Source of the DNA: Eledone cirrhosa
Lineage: Eukaryota
Assembly (NCBI GenBank): GCA_964016885.1
Contig: OZ024762.1
Location: 24,056,001 to 24,120,000, forward strand
Reading direction: 5' to 3'
Length of the DNA stretch: 64,000 nt
Shown here: positions 25,984 to 41,377 of the stretch, in pieces
Numbering within the stretch: position 1 is the stretch's first letter
Layout: each line of letters starts with the position of its first letter
Translations under genes and position numbers: made by a program
The notes under the pieces: model-generated
Database searches by the model: none
Seen by the model: only the letters and a program-made list of their open reading frames with translations
What the model was told of the DNA's origin: nothing

Positions 25984-26376
25984 CATGTATATATAGGAGG
26001 AGAATATGCGTAATGTATGTCTGTGTATATATGTATATATATATATATATATGTATATATATAACAAAGAAATTATGGTAAGGAACCAGATGGACCATAA
26101 AGCACAAGAGTACTCAATACTTAGGGTAGTAGAGTGGGAAATAGGAAAATGTATGACCCCGACGCAGAGCTCAAGCTGTTTCGAATTATAATAATTATAA
26201 TATTATAATAATAATTAGGGAACAAAGAATCAGTGTTGCATTATATACATATGTGATCATGTATTACATATGTTTCATTGCCGATCAGCTCGAGGAATGA
26301 TCGATTATGTTCGATCCTGACTCTGGAATCGAAAGCTCCTCAGATATGTGCTTTCATATGTACGTACATACATATA

Positions 26377-28417
26377 TCATCATGACCGTTTTACGTCCAT
26401 TCTTCCATGCTAGCATGGGTTAGACGGGTTGTCCTGTTGTGGGCAGTGTCCAGTCGGCTGACCTTGTCTTGTTCATACAGGAACTGATTTTGGCTTGATT
26501 TCTACAGCTGGATGCCCTTCCTAACACCAACCTCATTTGCAGTGAGTGCTGGGTGCTTTTTTTCCATGGCGCCTACACGTCCACTTTACAGTGTGGGCTG
26601 GGTGCTTTTTTGCCATGGAACCTCCACAACCACTTTACAGTGGGAGGGTGTGGGGGCATATTGTCTATATGCTTCAGCTTCGGCTTGTACCTGTGGGAAG
26701 TCAGGTTTCCATCGACTTTAGTGCTCTGCACCTTTTTATGCAGCTATCATCCTTCATACGCATCACATGTCCATACCAACGCAACCGCCTCTCCTGCACA
26801 CAGCATTTGATTCCTCTTATGCTCAGTCTCTTTCTCAATTCATTTATGCTTTGCCGTTCACGTATATTACTATTACACATTCATCGGAGCATGCAGGCTT
26901 CGTTTCTTTCTAATCTACGTAAGTCTTCCACAGACAGCGCCCAGGTCTCACTACCATGTAACATTGCTGTTCGTATACACGCATCATACAGTCTGCCTTT
27001 CATTTTGAGGGAAAAACCTTTTGCAGCTAGCAGTGGCAGTAGCTCCCTGAACTTCTTCCATCCCATTCTTACCCTAGTTATTGTACTTTCCGAACACCCA
27101 CCTCCGAAGAAGCTGTCTACTGTTTCTACAGAGCCCTCCCAGAGATTGGTGGTACCTGTTTCCTGTGGCTGTTTGCTGCTTGCTGTCCCAGCACAGCTGC
27201 TACATGTGAACCCTACATTCTTAGTTAAGCTTCCTGCGATCCCGCTACATCTCTTGTGTACCCATTGTTTGCATTTGGGGCAGAGAATGGAGTTCCTACC
27301 TACACCTTTCCTACATACTGAGCAAAGCCATTTCTCTGAGGGGATCTGGGTTCTGTTTTCTCGTCTACTTACAAGGACCTTAGTCTTAGTCAGGTTAACT
27401 TTGAGACCCTTTCTTTCTAGTCCCTGCTTCCAAGTTTGGAATTTCTTCTTTAGTTCTACCATAGATTCAGTTATAAGTGCGAGGTCATCTACATACAGAA
27501 GTTCCCATGGGCATCCAGTCTTAAACTCCTCCGTTATTGCCTGCAGGACTATGATGAACAGGAAAGAGCTAAGAACAGAGCCCTGGTGGACACTGACCTG
27601 TACGCTAAATTCCTTGCTATAGTCATTGCTAATTCTAACTTTGCTGACTGCTCCCCTATACATGGCTTGTACAGCTTTCACAAGCCATTCATCTACTCCT
27701 AGTTTTCTAAGAGCCTACCAGATTACAGCACGTGCAACTCTGTCAAAGGCTTTCTCAAGACCGATGAAAGCCAGGTAGAGTGGCTTACTTTTAGCTAGGT
27801 ACTTTTCCTGTAACTGCCTCACAAGAAAGAGGGCATTAGTGGTGCCTCTTCCTGGCACAAACCTAAATTGCAACTCATTTAGTTTCACCCGGTCCCTAAT
27901 CAACTGTGCTATAACTCTTTCTGTTACTTTCATGACCTGGTCCATCAACTTTATACCTCTATAGTTTCCTCTATCTAGTGCATCACCTTTACCTTTGTAG
28001 CAGTTGACAATGATGCTACTGCACCAATCCTTTGGTATGACACATAGTATTACCTGGTTAACAATAGGTGGTTATAGTGTGACCTACAGATCCAGATGCC
28101 TTCAGCATCTCGGCAGCTATACCCGATGGACAGGTTGCTTTCCCCGTCTTCATAACTTTGATTGCCTTACTTATTAATGCTGCTGCTGACTTGTACTGCC
28201 GGCCCCTCTATAGGGTCTACTTCGGGTAGGGTCTCTTCTTCCCATGCATTCTCCTCATTTAGTAATCTATCATGGCTCTTCCACACATCTTTCTTCTCAG
28301 CACTTGTGAGGGCAAGCTCACCTTTATCATTCCAGATACACTTCTTTCCAATCACTTCACAATTCTCTCTGACACACTGCCTCGCAATCTTGAACGCCTC
28401 CTGTTTCTGGTTCTCAC

Positions 28418-28418
<1 letters not shown>
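26377..28418 (-). mobile_element. 5'-truncated RTE-clade LINE, RT region with PHD-like finger, frameshifted
   Basis: ORFs 28167-28511, 27715-27948 and 26881-27681 give LYLAFIGLEKAFDRV, VHQGSVLS, LLYVDDL, CSVC..CPKCKQWVHKRC..CSSC and MLHGSETW. A (CAT) tail lies at 26377. Confidence 0.95.
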
Positions 28419-28465
<47 letters not shown>

Positions 28466-28524
28466 GGATAGATAGATACATACATGTATATATAGAGAGA
28501 GATATATACACATGTATTTACATG

Positions 28525-28580
<56 letters not shown>

Positions 28581-28581
28581 G

Positions 28582-28733
28582 AGCAAACTAGACATATGTT
28601 AATATTGTCTAGGATCCTGAAACCTTTGGTAATGGAGTAGTTATATTGTGTTGTTTACTTTCTAAATAATAGCTCTGTATTTTACATAGAGCACTCTTTT
28701 TTCCTTTGCCTTTTCTTCAGAAATACTTAACAC
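28582..28733 (+). mobile_element. (TA)n-flanked pLTR-like dispersed repeat (homolog on the minus strand at 52510-52670)
   Basis: ctagaca..tgtctag stem then gaaac, followed by a body shared with 52510-52640. Confidence 0.55.
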
Positions 28734-28749
28734 ATATATATATATATAT

Positions 28750-28943
28750 ATAGGAACGAGTAGGACACCGACGGCTGAGCTCAAGCCGTTTCGACGGTTA
28801 ATTCTGGACTAAGAATTAGCCGTCGAAACGGCTTGAGCTCAGCCGTCGGGGTCCTACTCGTTCCTATTACCCACTCTACTACCCTAAGTATTGAGTACTT
28901 TGGTGCGTTATGGTCCACTTGGTTCCTTACCACATTTCCTTCG

Positions 28944-28946
<3 letters not shown>
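28750..28946. mobile_element. H1 hairpin-capped short element, full copy
   Basis: Inverted arms of ~55 bp with 2 mismatches at 28750-28867 around loop ggacta. (TA)n on both sides. Confidence 0.8.
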
Positions 28947-28977
<31 letters not shown>

Positions 28978-29547
28978 GTGAAAAAATGGGGAGAAGAATA
29001 CTGCTGGTTGCACATGGATAACATGTAATAAAATAAGTCCCTCATCAGTGATTTGCCGACGATCATAGATATTTCATTGCATTAAAAATCATATACCTCA
29101 CGAGGTGAGTTTTATTGTAGTACAATAAAGCAATGCAGATATCGGATAAGTAGCACTCTACAGTTTGAAATGCGCATAATAAAATACATGGAACTCTTTT
29201 AACCATCTTTTGATCTTATATATATCTATGTTCCTACGGAGCAGAGTATTATATACACATATATATACACACACATTTTTATACATTTAGAATTATACAC
29301 ATACAAATGCGTTCACACACACATCACATCACACCACATGTAATGTCTCTGTAAAGCTGTTATTCAATACAGAGTTATCTCCCTTCCAACAATCTAATTG
29401 TCACTATTGTCTCTGGATTTCAAAAATTCTGTGTGTTTGTGTGTTTGTGTGTGTGTGTGTGTGTGCCTGTGAATATACCGCTGTAGTTGTGTGTGTGTGT
29501 GTGTTTATGTTTATATTTATGTTACTGTGTCTGTCTATGTCTATCTG

Positions 29548-29595
<48 letters not shown>

Positions 29596-29829
29596 CTGTG
29601 CCTGTCTATCTGTGAATATACCGCTGTAGTTGTGTGTGTGTGTGTTTATGTTTATATTTATGTTACTGTGTCTGTCTATGTGTATGTCTATCTGATGTGT
29701 GTGTGTGTGTGTGTCTGTGCATCTGTAGTTGAATATATAAGAATGAAAATTATTGTGTACGACTGCCCTCCATCAGGCAGCTACCATACTCCGAACGCCT
29801 TGTTTCCCTGGGCATGGATACATTGAAGC

Positions 29830-31303
29830 TCCGACGCCAGGCAACTGACTAGGTAGACACCCACAAAATTATTAACCATCTTGCCAACACCAACCCTGAG
29901 CACCATGTGTCCAATATCTTCTTCTTCTTCCTGAGAGGGTCATGGGGGGCAGAGTCCTCAAACACTCCTTCCAGCGGGTCCTGTCAGAAACAGCTGTCAC
30001 CAACTGATCTGGCTGGATCCCCCAAGTGTGACCAGCCAAGCTCATGGATGTTATCCAGCCATCTTGCTCGGGGTCTACTCCTCGGTCTCCTGCCGTAAAA
30101 TATGTCCAGTGATTCTTTCCTGAGACATTCTAACCACATGTCCATAGTATCAGAGCTGTGATCTCTCAATTCAGAGAAGTAGCAGCTCTACCTGGAGTGA
30201 CTCTCCAGTGATTCTTTCCTGAGACATTCTAACCACATGTCCATAGTATCAGAGCTGTGATCTCTCAATTCAGAGAAGTAGCAGCTCTACCTGGAGTGAC
30301 TCTCCAGTGATTCTTTCCTGAGACATTCTAACCCCATGTCTATAGTATCAGAGCTGTGATCTCTCAATTCAGAGAAGTAGCAGCTCTATCTGAAGTGACT
30401 CTCTAGTGATTCTTTCCTGAGACATTCTAACCACATGTCCATAGTATCAGAGCTGTGATCTCTCAATTCAGAGAAGTAGTGGGTCTACCTGGAGTGACTC
30501 TCTAGTGATTCTTTCCTGAGACATTCTAACCACATGTCCATAGTATCAGAGCTGTGATCTCTCAATTCAGAGAAGTAGCAGCTCTACTTGGAGTGACTCT
30601 CTAGTGATTCTTTCCTGAGACATTCTAACCACATGTCCATAGTATCAGAGCTGTGATCTCTCAATTCAGAGAAGTAGCAGCTCTACCTGGAGTGACTCTC
30701 TAGTGATTCTTTCCTGAGACATTCTAACCACATGTCCATAGTATCAGAGCTGTGATCTCTCAATTCAGAGAAGTAGTGGGTCTACCTGGAGTGACTCTCT
30801 AGTGATTCTTTCCTGAGACATTCTAACCACATGTCCATAGTATCAGAGCTGTGATCTCTCAATTCAGAGAAGTAGCAGCTCTACTTGGAGTGACTCTCTA
30901 GTGATTCTTTCCTGAGACATTCTAACCACATGTCCATAGTATCAGAGCTGTGATCTCTCAATTCAGAGAAGTAGCGGCTCTACCTGGAGTGACTCTCTAG
31001 TGATTCTTTCCTGAGACATTCTAACCACATCTCCATAGTATCAGAGCTGTGATCTCTCAATTCAGAGAAGTAGCAGCTCTACCTGGAGTGACTCTCTAGT
31101 GATTCTTTCCTGAGACATTCTAACCACATCTGCATAGTATCAGAGCTGTGATCTCTAAATTCAGAGAAGTAGCAGCTCTACATGGAGTGACTCTCTCATC
31201 TCCATGCTACACACTTTATCGAGTAACGTGACTCCAACGAACCTCCAAAGAATCCCATTTCAGCCGCTTGTATTCATGATTGTATTATTTTGGTCATTAC
31301 CAT
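29830..31303 (-). mobile_element. RTE-clade (Rex3/Expander-like) LINE 3' fragment containing a 99-bp tandem amplification
   Basis: The minus strand gives WVMTK...IQAAEMGF...VTLLDKV, then repeats of IERSQLxYYGHVVRM, then RPRSRPRARWLDNI. Confidence 0.88.
30107..31197. repeat. 99-bp minisatellite, 11 copies
   Basis: The unit start recurs at 30108, 30207, 30306 and onward. Confidence 0.97.
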
Positions 31304-31589
31304 ATATTTTTCTTAATTTTTATTTATTTACTTCATTTTTGTAAATTCAAAATATTATAATCATATACATAATTATTCCAAATTAATCATTTATTTGTTC
31401 TAATTAGTTGCGGATGTTCCAATTCCCATCACAGTGCCTGGAGTTATACAAAGAACTTTCTAAGGTTTTCTAGGAATATAGAATGTATGAGAATAAGTGA
31501 GGAAGCTTATAACCTTGTCCTTGAAACGATGTACCCCTATGCCAAATTTTAGCTACCCAGGTGCCAAAGGGTGGCTTACAAATTTAGAA

Positions 31590-32411
31590 CATGCACACAT
31601 ACATACATGCATATATACATATATATATTCATACAAATATACATACATATATACTTATATACATGCATGCATACATACATACACATACATATATAAATAC
31701 ATACATCCATATATACCTACATATATACCCACACACATACATATATACACACACACACATACATACATGCATATATACATATATATATATTCATACAAAT
31801 ATACATACATATACATATATATATACTTATATACATGCATACATACACACATACACACATACATACATACATATATAAATACATACATCCATATATACAT
31901 ACATATATACCCACACACATACATATATACACACACACATACATACATGCATATATACATATATATATTCATACAAATATACATACATATACATACATAT
32001 ATACTTATATACATGCATACATACACACATACATACATACATAAATACATACATACATACATACATATACATACATATGCATACATATATAAATACATAC
32101 ATCCATATATACATACATACATACATATATACCCACACACATACATATATACACACACACATACATACATGCACATATGCATACACCCATATGTACATAC
32201 ATAGACGCATACATATACACATACATACATACATGCATATATACATACATTCACTTATATATTTAAATATGTATACACACATTTTCACACACACACACAC
32301 ACGCACACACACATACACACACACACACAGACATAGTGTGAGGAGAGATGCTAGAACATTCCGTAATGTTATGAAAGCACCACACACAATTATGTATCTA
32401 GGTATGTATAC

Positions 32412-32455
<44 letters not shown>

Positions 32456-32535
32456 TGGCACACACATACACACATATATATATACATACATATATATATA
32501 TACATATATATACATATATATATATATACACACAC

Positions 32536-32566
<31 letters not shown>

Positions 32567-32709
32567 CATATATACACATATATATATATACATATATATA
32601 TACATATGTATATATATATATAATCATCATCGTCATTTATCATCCATTTTCTTTGCTAGCAAGAGTGGGCGTCTCTCCACATACGTATGTGTGTGAGTGT
32701 GCATGTATG

Positions 32710-32767
<58 letters not shown>

Positions 32768-32925
32768 TACATAAGGACATTCCACAAGATCACATACCTA
32801 CATGAACTTACACACACTGAAATACACACACACACACATACACACACACACACGCACATACACACACACACACGTGCACACACACACACACGTGCACACA
32901 CACACACACGCACATACACACATTC
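31590..32925. repeat. (CA)n/(CATA)n/(TA)n compound microsatellites
   Basis: Direct inspection. Confidence 0.95.
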
Positions 32926-33181
32926 CATAAATGTTTATGTAATTCCCTGCATCAATTCTTTGATTAGGAAAAAATTAAATTATCTTTTAATTCCTTTACT
33001 GGTTTCAGTCAACTGACTCTGGCCATGCTGGTGTATTGCCTTTCAGGAGTTTTTAGTTGATCACATCATCATCATCAGTTGAGTACTTAATTGTCAAGAC
33101 TTATTATGTGGACCCCTTTGTTATAATACATAAAGGGAGACAGCTTAACCCTTTAGCATTTGCATTATTCTATATTTACTA

Positions 33182-33362
33182 GAGGGTCGGACAGTATCGG
33201 TAGAGGGTCGGACGCCATGCTTTCCAGCATAGTTACGTCCCTTTACGATCTGAGTTCAAATCCCGCCGAGGTTGACTTTGCCTTTCATCCTTACGGGGTC
33301 GATAAAATAAAGTACCAGTAATGCACTGGGTAATTGCTGGCCTTGTGCCAAAAGTAGAAACA
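33182..33362 (+). mobile_element. SINE-B with an 18-bp TSD
   Basis: TSD attattctatatttacta at 33164-33181 and 33363-33380. Confidence 0.92.
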
Positions 33363-34043
33363 ATTATTCTATATTTACTATTCTATTGTTACAATAAAGG
33401 GTTTATCTTCCATAATGTTTTCACACAGTATTGAATCTACAAGATTTTAATGTCATTTATTTTGAGTACAATACTTTAACATAAGTATGAGGAGCCAGTT
33501 ATGGCTGGTTTGAACAGAAAGTGGTGAGAGGATTCTGGCCGGATACATCCAGTTTAACCCTTTCGTATTTATATTACTTTATATTTACTATTATATTTTA
33601 ACTGTAAAGGTTTTATCTCACATAATTGTCTCACATAATATCGAATCTACGAGATTTTGATATCATTCATTTTGAGAACAATACCTAAACCCTGTATCCA
33701 GCCAGAATTCTCTCACTACTTTCTGTTCAAACCGGCCATAACTGGCCACTCATACTGATGTTAAGATATTGTTCTCAAAATAAATAATATCAAAATCTCA
33801 TAGATTTGATATGTGAGATAATTATGTGAAACAAAGTGTTTACCCTGGTTTAGCATTTAAACTGGCCGTATCCAGCCAGAATTCACTCACTACTTTCTGT
33901 TCAAACCAGCCATAACTGCTGACTCATACTGATGATAAGATATTGTTCTCAAAATAAATAATACCAAAATCTCATAGATTTGATATTATGTGAGATATTA
34001 TGTGAAGTAAAGTGCTTACTGTGAAAATACAACAGTATATATA

Positions 34044-34230
34044 AAGGGCGGTGGATTGGCAGTATCGGTAGAGGGTCGGACGCCATGCTTTCAAGCATAG
34101 TTACGTCCCTTTACGATCTGAGTTCAAATCCCGCCGAAGTTGACTTTGCCTTTCATCCTTACGGGGTCGATAAAATAAAGTACCAGTAATGCACTGGGTA
34201 ATTGCTGGCCTTGTGCCTAAAGTAGAAACA
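34044..34230 (+). mobile_element. Full-length SINE-B with a ~10-bp TSD
   Basis: agtatatata on both sides. Confidence 0.9.
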
Positions 34231-34329
34231 AGTATATATAGAGTAATGTCAATGCTAAAAGGTTAAAGATATGTAGCCAATCATATCAACCTCGGCACTT
34301 AATTCTTTTCAATTCTGGATCAATCTCTT

Positions 34330-34470
34330 ATTTATCAAATTATTTCTTCCTTTTCATACTCTCAGCTATCTTTTTATCTTTTCTTCTTTCCCTCATTCTA
34401 TCTTCCGATGAAGGACTGACGTCCAAAACATTAAAGCTCTTTTCCTACTTTATCAAAGCGTTAAACAAAA
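34330..34470 (+). mobile_element. pLTR-like dispersed repeat with a degenerate hammerhead core (homolog at 49330-49500)
   Basis: ttctatcttc(c/t)gatgaaggac-tgac-gtcc-aaaac, compared with 49378 tcttctgatgaaggactagtgtctgac. Confidence 0.5.
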
Positions 34471-34917
34471 ATAGATCGCAAATATTGAGTAATGTAAATG
34501 CTAAAGGGTTAAAAAAATGCCCTAGAAACGTTCTAAAATGCTCTAAGCAGCTATGGCTCCCCTGCAACTCCATTAAGATTTTCAAGACCATGCATGCAGG
34601 CACTAATGGAATGACCATTGTGAAAATTTGCAGTATTACAGTAAAGACATTAATTTTTAATACAATGTAGTCATAGTGCTGTTTGTGCTTTTCAAGAGAA
34701 TCTTAATATAAAAAGGTAAAGACCATATCTGCTATAAGAACTCCCTCACCCCCCAGTATACTCTCCCACCCACACTGCTTGTATAGTTTTTTCTGCTTCT
34801 TTGGCCATTCCTCACCAGTTTGGGATAGATTTCAAAGGTCGTAGACACAGCTCCTCCAATTCTTACTAAACACACACACATGAATGTATGTGTGTTTATG
34901 TATATGTCAGTGTGTCC

Positions 34918-36870
<1,953 letters not shown>

Positions 36871-37129
36871 GGGTGTATATTTTTTCTTCCTTTATCTCAA
36901 TGAATATATTAGCATGCAGTATTGCTGTTCTACAGTTCTAAATCTAATTTTTTGCAGAGAGGTTTACCTGTTCTGTCAAACCCTACATGTGCGTCCATGG
37001 TAAAAGAAGATGATTAAAAGATATAAAACTCTCATAAAATCTACATATAAATTTAATTGACTTCTGTCCGTCAGTCACACAATATGTGTGTGTGTTTGTT
37101 TGTGTGTGTGTCTGTGTGTGTGTGTGTTA

Positions 37130-37450
37130 AAGAAGAAAGGGTATCAAAAATATAAGCTCAAGATCATATGCAATACATGAAACCATCTATGGAGATTTTA
37201 TTCCAATATTCCTCAGACTCAAACAAAATAGACTACAGTTTGCTGGTCACTGCCATCAAGCCGACAAAGACATCATTTCATCTCTGCTTCTGTGGCATCT
37301 CTCTCGATGTGTTTATTCATGAAGACTGACTTTCCCATACACCATAGCTCGGGACTCAGCGCTGGACATAAGGGGACATATGGGGACAGCAATGCAGGAC
37401 CAAACAGTGTGGAAAGGGATTGTCAAGAGAGTCCAAGGATGATGATGATG
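37130..37450 (+). mobile_element. Degraded RTE-clade LINE 3' end
   Basis: Translation RLQFAGHCHQADKDIISSLLLW...LTFPYTIARDS. (GAT)n tail at 37438-37450. Confidence 0.75.
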
Positions 37451-37659
37451 TTGAAAAACTATAACAAAACAATGGCTGGCTTTCCATTTGCTACGCTGTG
37501 TGTGAGTGTGTGTGTAAATGTATGTGTGTCTGTATGTTTGTGTAAATGTATGTATGTGTGTGTTTGTGTGAATGTATGTGTGTTTGTCTGAATGCATGTG
37601 TGTTTGTGTAAATGTATGTATGTGTGTGTATTTGTGTGAATGTGTACACACACACACAC

Positions 37660-37689
<30 letters not shown>

Positions 37690-37696
<7 letters not shown>

Positions 37697-37856
37697 CTTC
37701 AAAATATTAATAAATATAGACATTCATGTGATCAAATATATATATTTCAGAGGTACTGAGCTGTTCCATCAGTACGTCCTCTTCAGATAAAATAAATTGA
37801 TGTCTGACACACCTCAACTGTGCTGATGGTTCAATTCCAGTTTTGGCATATATTTG

Positions 37857-37860
<4 letters not shown>
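37690..37860 (-). mobile_element. pLTR-like repeat with hammerhead-like motif, related to 19105-19255
   Basis: Minus strand ttttatCTGAAGAggacgtactga-tggaacagc-tcagtacctctGAAAtatata. Confidence 0.55.
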
Positions 37861-37901
<41 letters not shown>

Positions 37902-38000
37902 GCCCTCAAACTCCTTCCTTTAAGCCTTAACTTAACTGACTTTTCTTCTTAAAACAAGAACAAAGAACTCACACACACACACTCACACACATATTTATAG

Positions 38001-38048
<48 letters not shown>

Positions 38049-38177
38049 GTTATTCCGGGTTGAATTGGAGGTAACCACAGTAAGTAAGGTACTCAATACA
38101 TAGCAGAGTATAACAGTTTTAATATAGATGAGATTCTACAGGACTGTTCTAGTCCTGTAGAATCTCATCTATATTAA

Positions 38178-38291
<114 letters not shown>

Positions 38292-38304
38292 ATATATACA
38301 GGCA

Positions 38305-38641
38305 TGGAGGCACATGGCTTAGTGGTTAGAGCATTGGCCTTGCAATCGAAAGGTTGTGAGTTCAATTCTCAGACCGGGTGATGTGTTGTTTCCTTGAGCA
38401 AGACACTTTATTTCACATTGCTCCAGTTTACTCAGCTGTAGAAATGAGATGATAGGGACTGGGGTCCCTATCATTCCACTGCAAAAGTGGTCGTGGAGAT
38501 GCCACAGCAAAAAAGCACCCATCACTCACTGTAAATGGGGTTGGTGTTAGGAAGGGCATCTAGCTGTAGAAATCAAGCCAGAATCAGTTCCCGTCCCACC
38601 CTTGCAAGCAGGGAAAAGCGGACGTAAAATGATGATGATGA
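38305..38641 (+). mobile_element. Full-length SINE-A (tRNA head + CORE-like domain + RTE 3' tail)
   Basis: A box tggcttagtgg, B box gttcaattc, ccttgagcaagacacttt, internal hairpin atgatagggac/gtccctatcat, tail ggacgtaaaatgatgatgat. Confidence 0.92.
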
Positions 38642-38646
38642 TACAA

Positions 38647-38675
<29 letters not shown>

Positions 38676-38677
<2 letters not shown>

Positions 38678-38857
38678 ACGAAGGAAGAGTGGTAAGGAAC
38701 CAGATGGACCATAATGCACCAGAGTACTCAATACAATAGTAGAGTGGGTAATAGGAAAATGTTTGACCCCGATGGCAGAGCTCAAGTCGTTTCGACGGCT
38801 ATTTCCAGAAATAGTGGTTGAAACGGCTTGAGCTCTGCCGTCGGGGTCAAACATTTT

Positions 38858-38862
<5 letters not shown>
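38676..38862. mobile_element. H1 hairpin-capped short element, full copy
   Basis: Inverted arms at 38751-38862. (TA)n on both sides. Confidence 0.8.
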
Positions 38863-38914
<52 letters not shown>

Positions 38915-38927
<13 letters not shown>

Positions 38928-40048
38928 TGATGTTGTCTGTGTGTCCTCATTTTTGCAAAGTGTATACAAATCCACATTTCTACTCCGATTGACTTCAAAC
39001 TTGCATTTCTATATTCCTTGCGGTCTAAAGATATTAACTGCAGCTCTTATTTTTCAATTTTCTGTTGTTAGGCACCGGTTATCCATCTCCGTCGCGCTCT
39101 TCTAATATCTGTCTGTATGCCTGGCTGTCTGCAGTACAACATTCTGACGAACATTGATGACATATTATGTTCGCTATTTTCCGTTCATTGCCAGGGAACG
39201 TCTTCCCGAACCAAAGTATCGCCTTCCTGTTTTCCTTCGTTTGCAACGTTTTTCGAAATATTTACTTCTGTGTTCACAGATTGATGTTTTTAGTTTCAGA
39301 AGATCCCGTTAAGGGTGAAAGCAACGATTCTTTGCTTAAACTTTAATCTGTTATTTTAATCTATATATGTATATATATAAAACTGAGGAAGGATGTATGT
39401 ATGTAAGTATGTATGTGTGTGTGTGTGTGTGTGAAACCCGAGAAGTACCCAACTGATCTTTTTCAACTTACATGTGTATTACTTATATTTCAGGGAGTGT
39501 TATGCACATTAAAATTCAACTTTTTGATTCCCTAGGGCCCACATTAGATGAAAAACTGCGTTTATTCCAGCTTTTTATAGGTTTTTTTTTTTTAGGTTTT
39601 ATAGGTTTTTTTTTTATAGGTTTTTTTTCCTTGAAATTGTAACTATATATTAGTCAGTCTCTTCTTCATACCGTGACCAAAGAAAATCCAACTTTTTTTA
39701 TGGCCTAGGGCCATAAAAGTGAAAAACTTCATTAGGTGAAAAACTTCATTTTTTTCAGCTTCTTAGGGCTTTTTTGAGGCGTTACGTCTAGCCTGATTTT
39801 CCCGAAATTTCAAGGCATATTATGCACATAAAAAACATTCATTTTCTTGATCCCCTAGAGCCCGCATCAGGTGAAAACCTGCATTTTTCCTGCTTCATCG
39901 AGGAAAATCTTAGATTATCCAGCCATCAGAGTATTCGGCTTATTTTCTTTATATATTGTCCATGCATGTAGTTTTTCCACGATTACGTCTGTTGGCGGCC
40001 CGCATTCCAAAATACCTTATCCCGTGCAACGCCGGGTACCACTGCTAG
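38915..40048 (+). mobile_element. Composite non-autonomous Helitron
   Basis: 5' motif tatataaaactga(t/g)g at ~38915 and again at 39360-39388. 3' hairpin cccgtgcaacgccggg then CTAG|T at 40045-40049. Body homologous to 42257-43161. Confidence 0.85.
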
Positions 40049-40277
40049 TATATATATCTATATCTATACACACGCACATATATATACATACATACACACA
40101 CACACATATATATAATTATAGTGGAATAATCCACTATTTTTGATAAGGTACGTATGTGGATTCATTGATTATATCTACTGGCACTGCACTTATCTCTATA
40201 GAAACAGTTGTTGAGATTAAAGATGTATTTCGATTAGCAACCTTGGTTTTCATTTTGTGTTAAGTGTACACACAGAC

Positions 40278-40357
40278 ACAGAGTCCAACCAAAAAATGTA
40301 TACACACGTCAGGAAAAGAAAACCTTGTATAAATATTTAACTTATCTCTCTCTCTTT

Positions 40358-40434
<77 letters not shown>

Positions 40435-40603
40435 CACACCTATACAAAAGAGGAATTCCTATGTTGAGATATCTTGATGTAAGAAATGTACTATTGAATA
40501 ATTGAATATATATATATGCACACATTTACATACACATACACACACACATATATATATATATATCTTCCTGGAGTGTGTATACATTTTATTACCAGACTTT
40601 GTA
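40278..40603. mobile_element. Degenerate Tc1/mariner-type MITE split by microsatellites
   Basis: cagagtc..aaaaaatgtatacacac ... gtgtgtatacatttt..gactttgTA. Confidence 0.5.
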
Positions 40604-40713
40604 TATAAAATTAACCAAAGTCACTGGACACAAAATTCCCTAGAGAACTCTAGAGTTCCAGCTGTGAATGTTGTGAGTGCTTTAACTAGTGAACCACTTG
40701 TAATTATAGTTAT

Positions 40714-41108
40714 AGGGGGGGGGGGGGATTGGCAGTGTCGGTAGAGGGTCGGACGCCATGCTTTGACGCATAGAGTTACGGCCCTTGCCATTCTGAGTTC
40801 AAATCCCGCCGAGGTCAACTTTGCCTTTCATCCTTACGGGGGTCGATAAAATAAAGTACCAGTAATACACTGGGGTAATTGCTGGCCTTGTGCCAAAAGT
40901 AGAAACAATTATTATTAACACTGGCGGTGGTTTGGCAGTATTGGTAGCGGGTCGGACGCCATGCTTTGATGCATAGAGTTTCGGCCCTTGCCATTCTGAG
41001 TTCAAATCCCGCCGAGGTTAACTTTGCCTTTCATCCTTACGGGGTTCGGTAAAGTAAAGTACCAGTAATACACTGGGTATTTACTGGCCTTGTGCCAAAA
41101 GTCGAAAC
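40714..41108 (+). mobile_element. Head-to-tail SINE-B dimer
   Basis: Units at 40714-40915 and 40922-41108. aattatagtta flanks the pair. Confidence 0.9.
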
Positions 41109-41144
41109 AATTATAGTTACACATAGCTACCATAGATATATAGT

Positions 41145-41360
41145 GAAGGTGTGTGGCTGAGTGGTAAGAGAATTGGATTAGCAATTGTGAGGTTGTGAGT
41201 TCGATTGCCGGACCGGGCAACGCATTATGTCCTTGAACAAGACACTTTATTTCATGTTGCTCCTTCTACCTGGAGTTGCGACCGATAGATAGTATTAGCA
41301 ATTGGAAAGACCAACGGAAACTTTGTTTCCTCGGTCTGAATTGACGACTGTCGATATCTA
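41145..41360 (+). mobile_element. CORE-like SINE, tail variant C
   Basis: Homologous to 6470-6678. Confidence 0.82.
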
Positions 41361-41377
41361 TACATTATTATCACTTA

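Larger units (their letters stand above)
33145..34266. mobile_element. Nest of piggyBac-type MITE copies in both orientations, with two SINE-B insertions
   Basis: Starts TTAAccctttagcattt and ends aatgctaaaaggTTAA. TTAA plus a CCC terminus is the piggyBac signature. Confidence 0.7.

Noticed and set aside
26546-27622. 358-aa + strand ORF
   Set aside because: It is the antisense shadow of the RTE RT ORF
38305-38380. tRNA genes at SINE heads
   Set aside because: A/B boxes are present but there is no full cloverleaf. They always continue into SINE bodies with tails or TSDs
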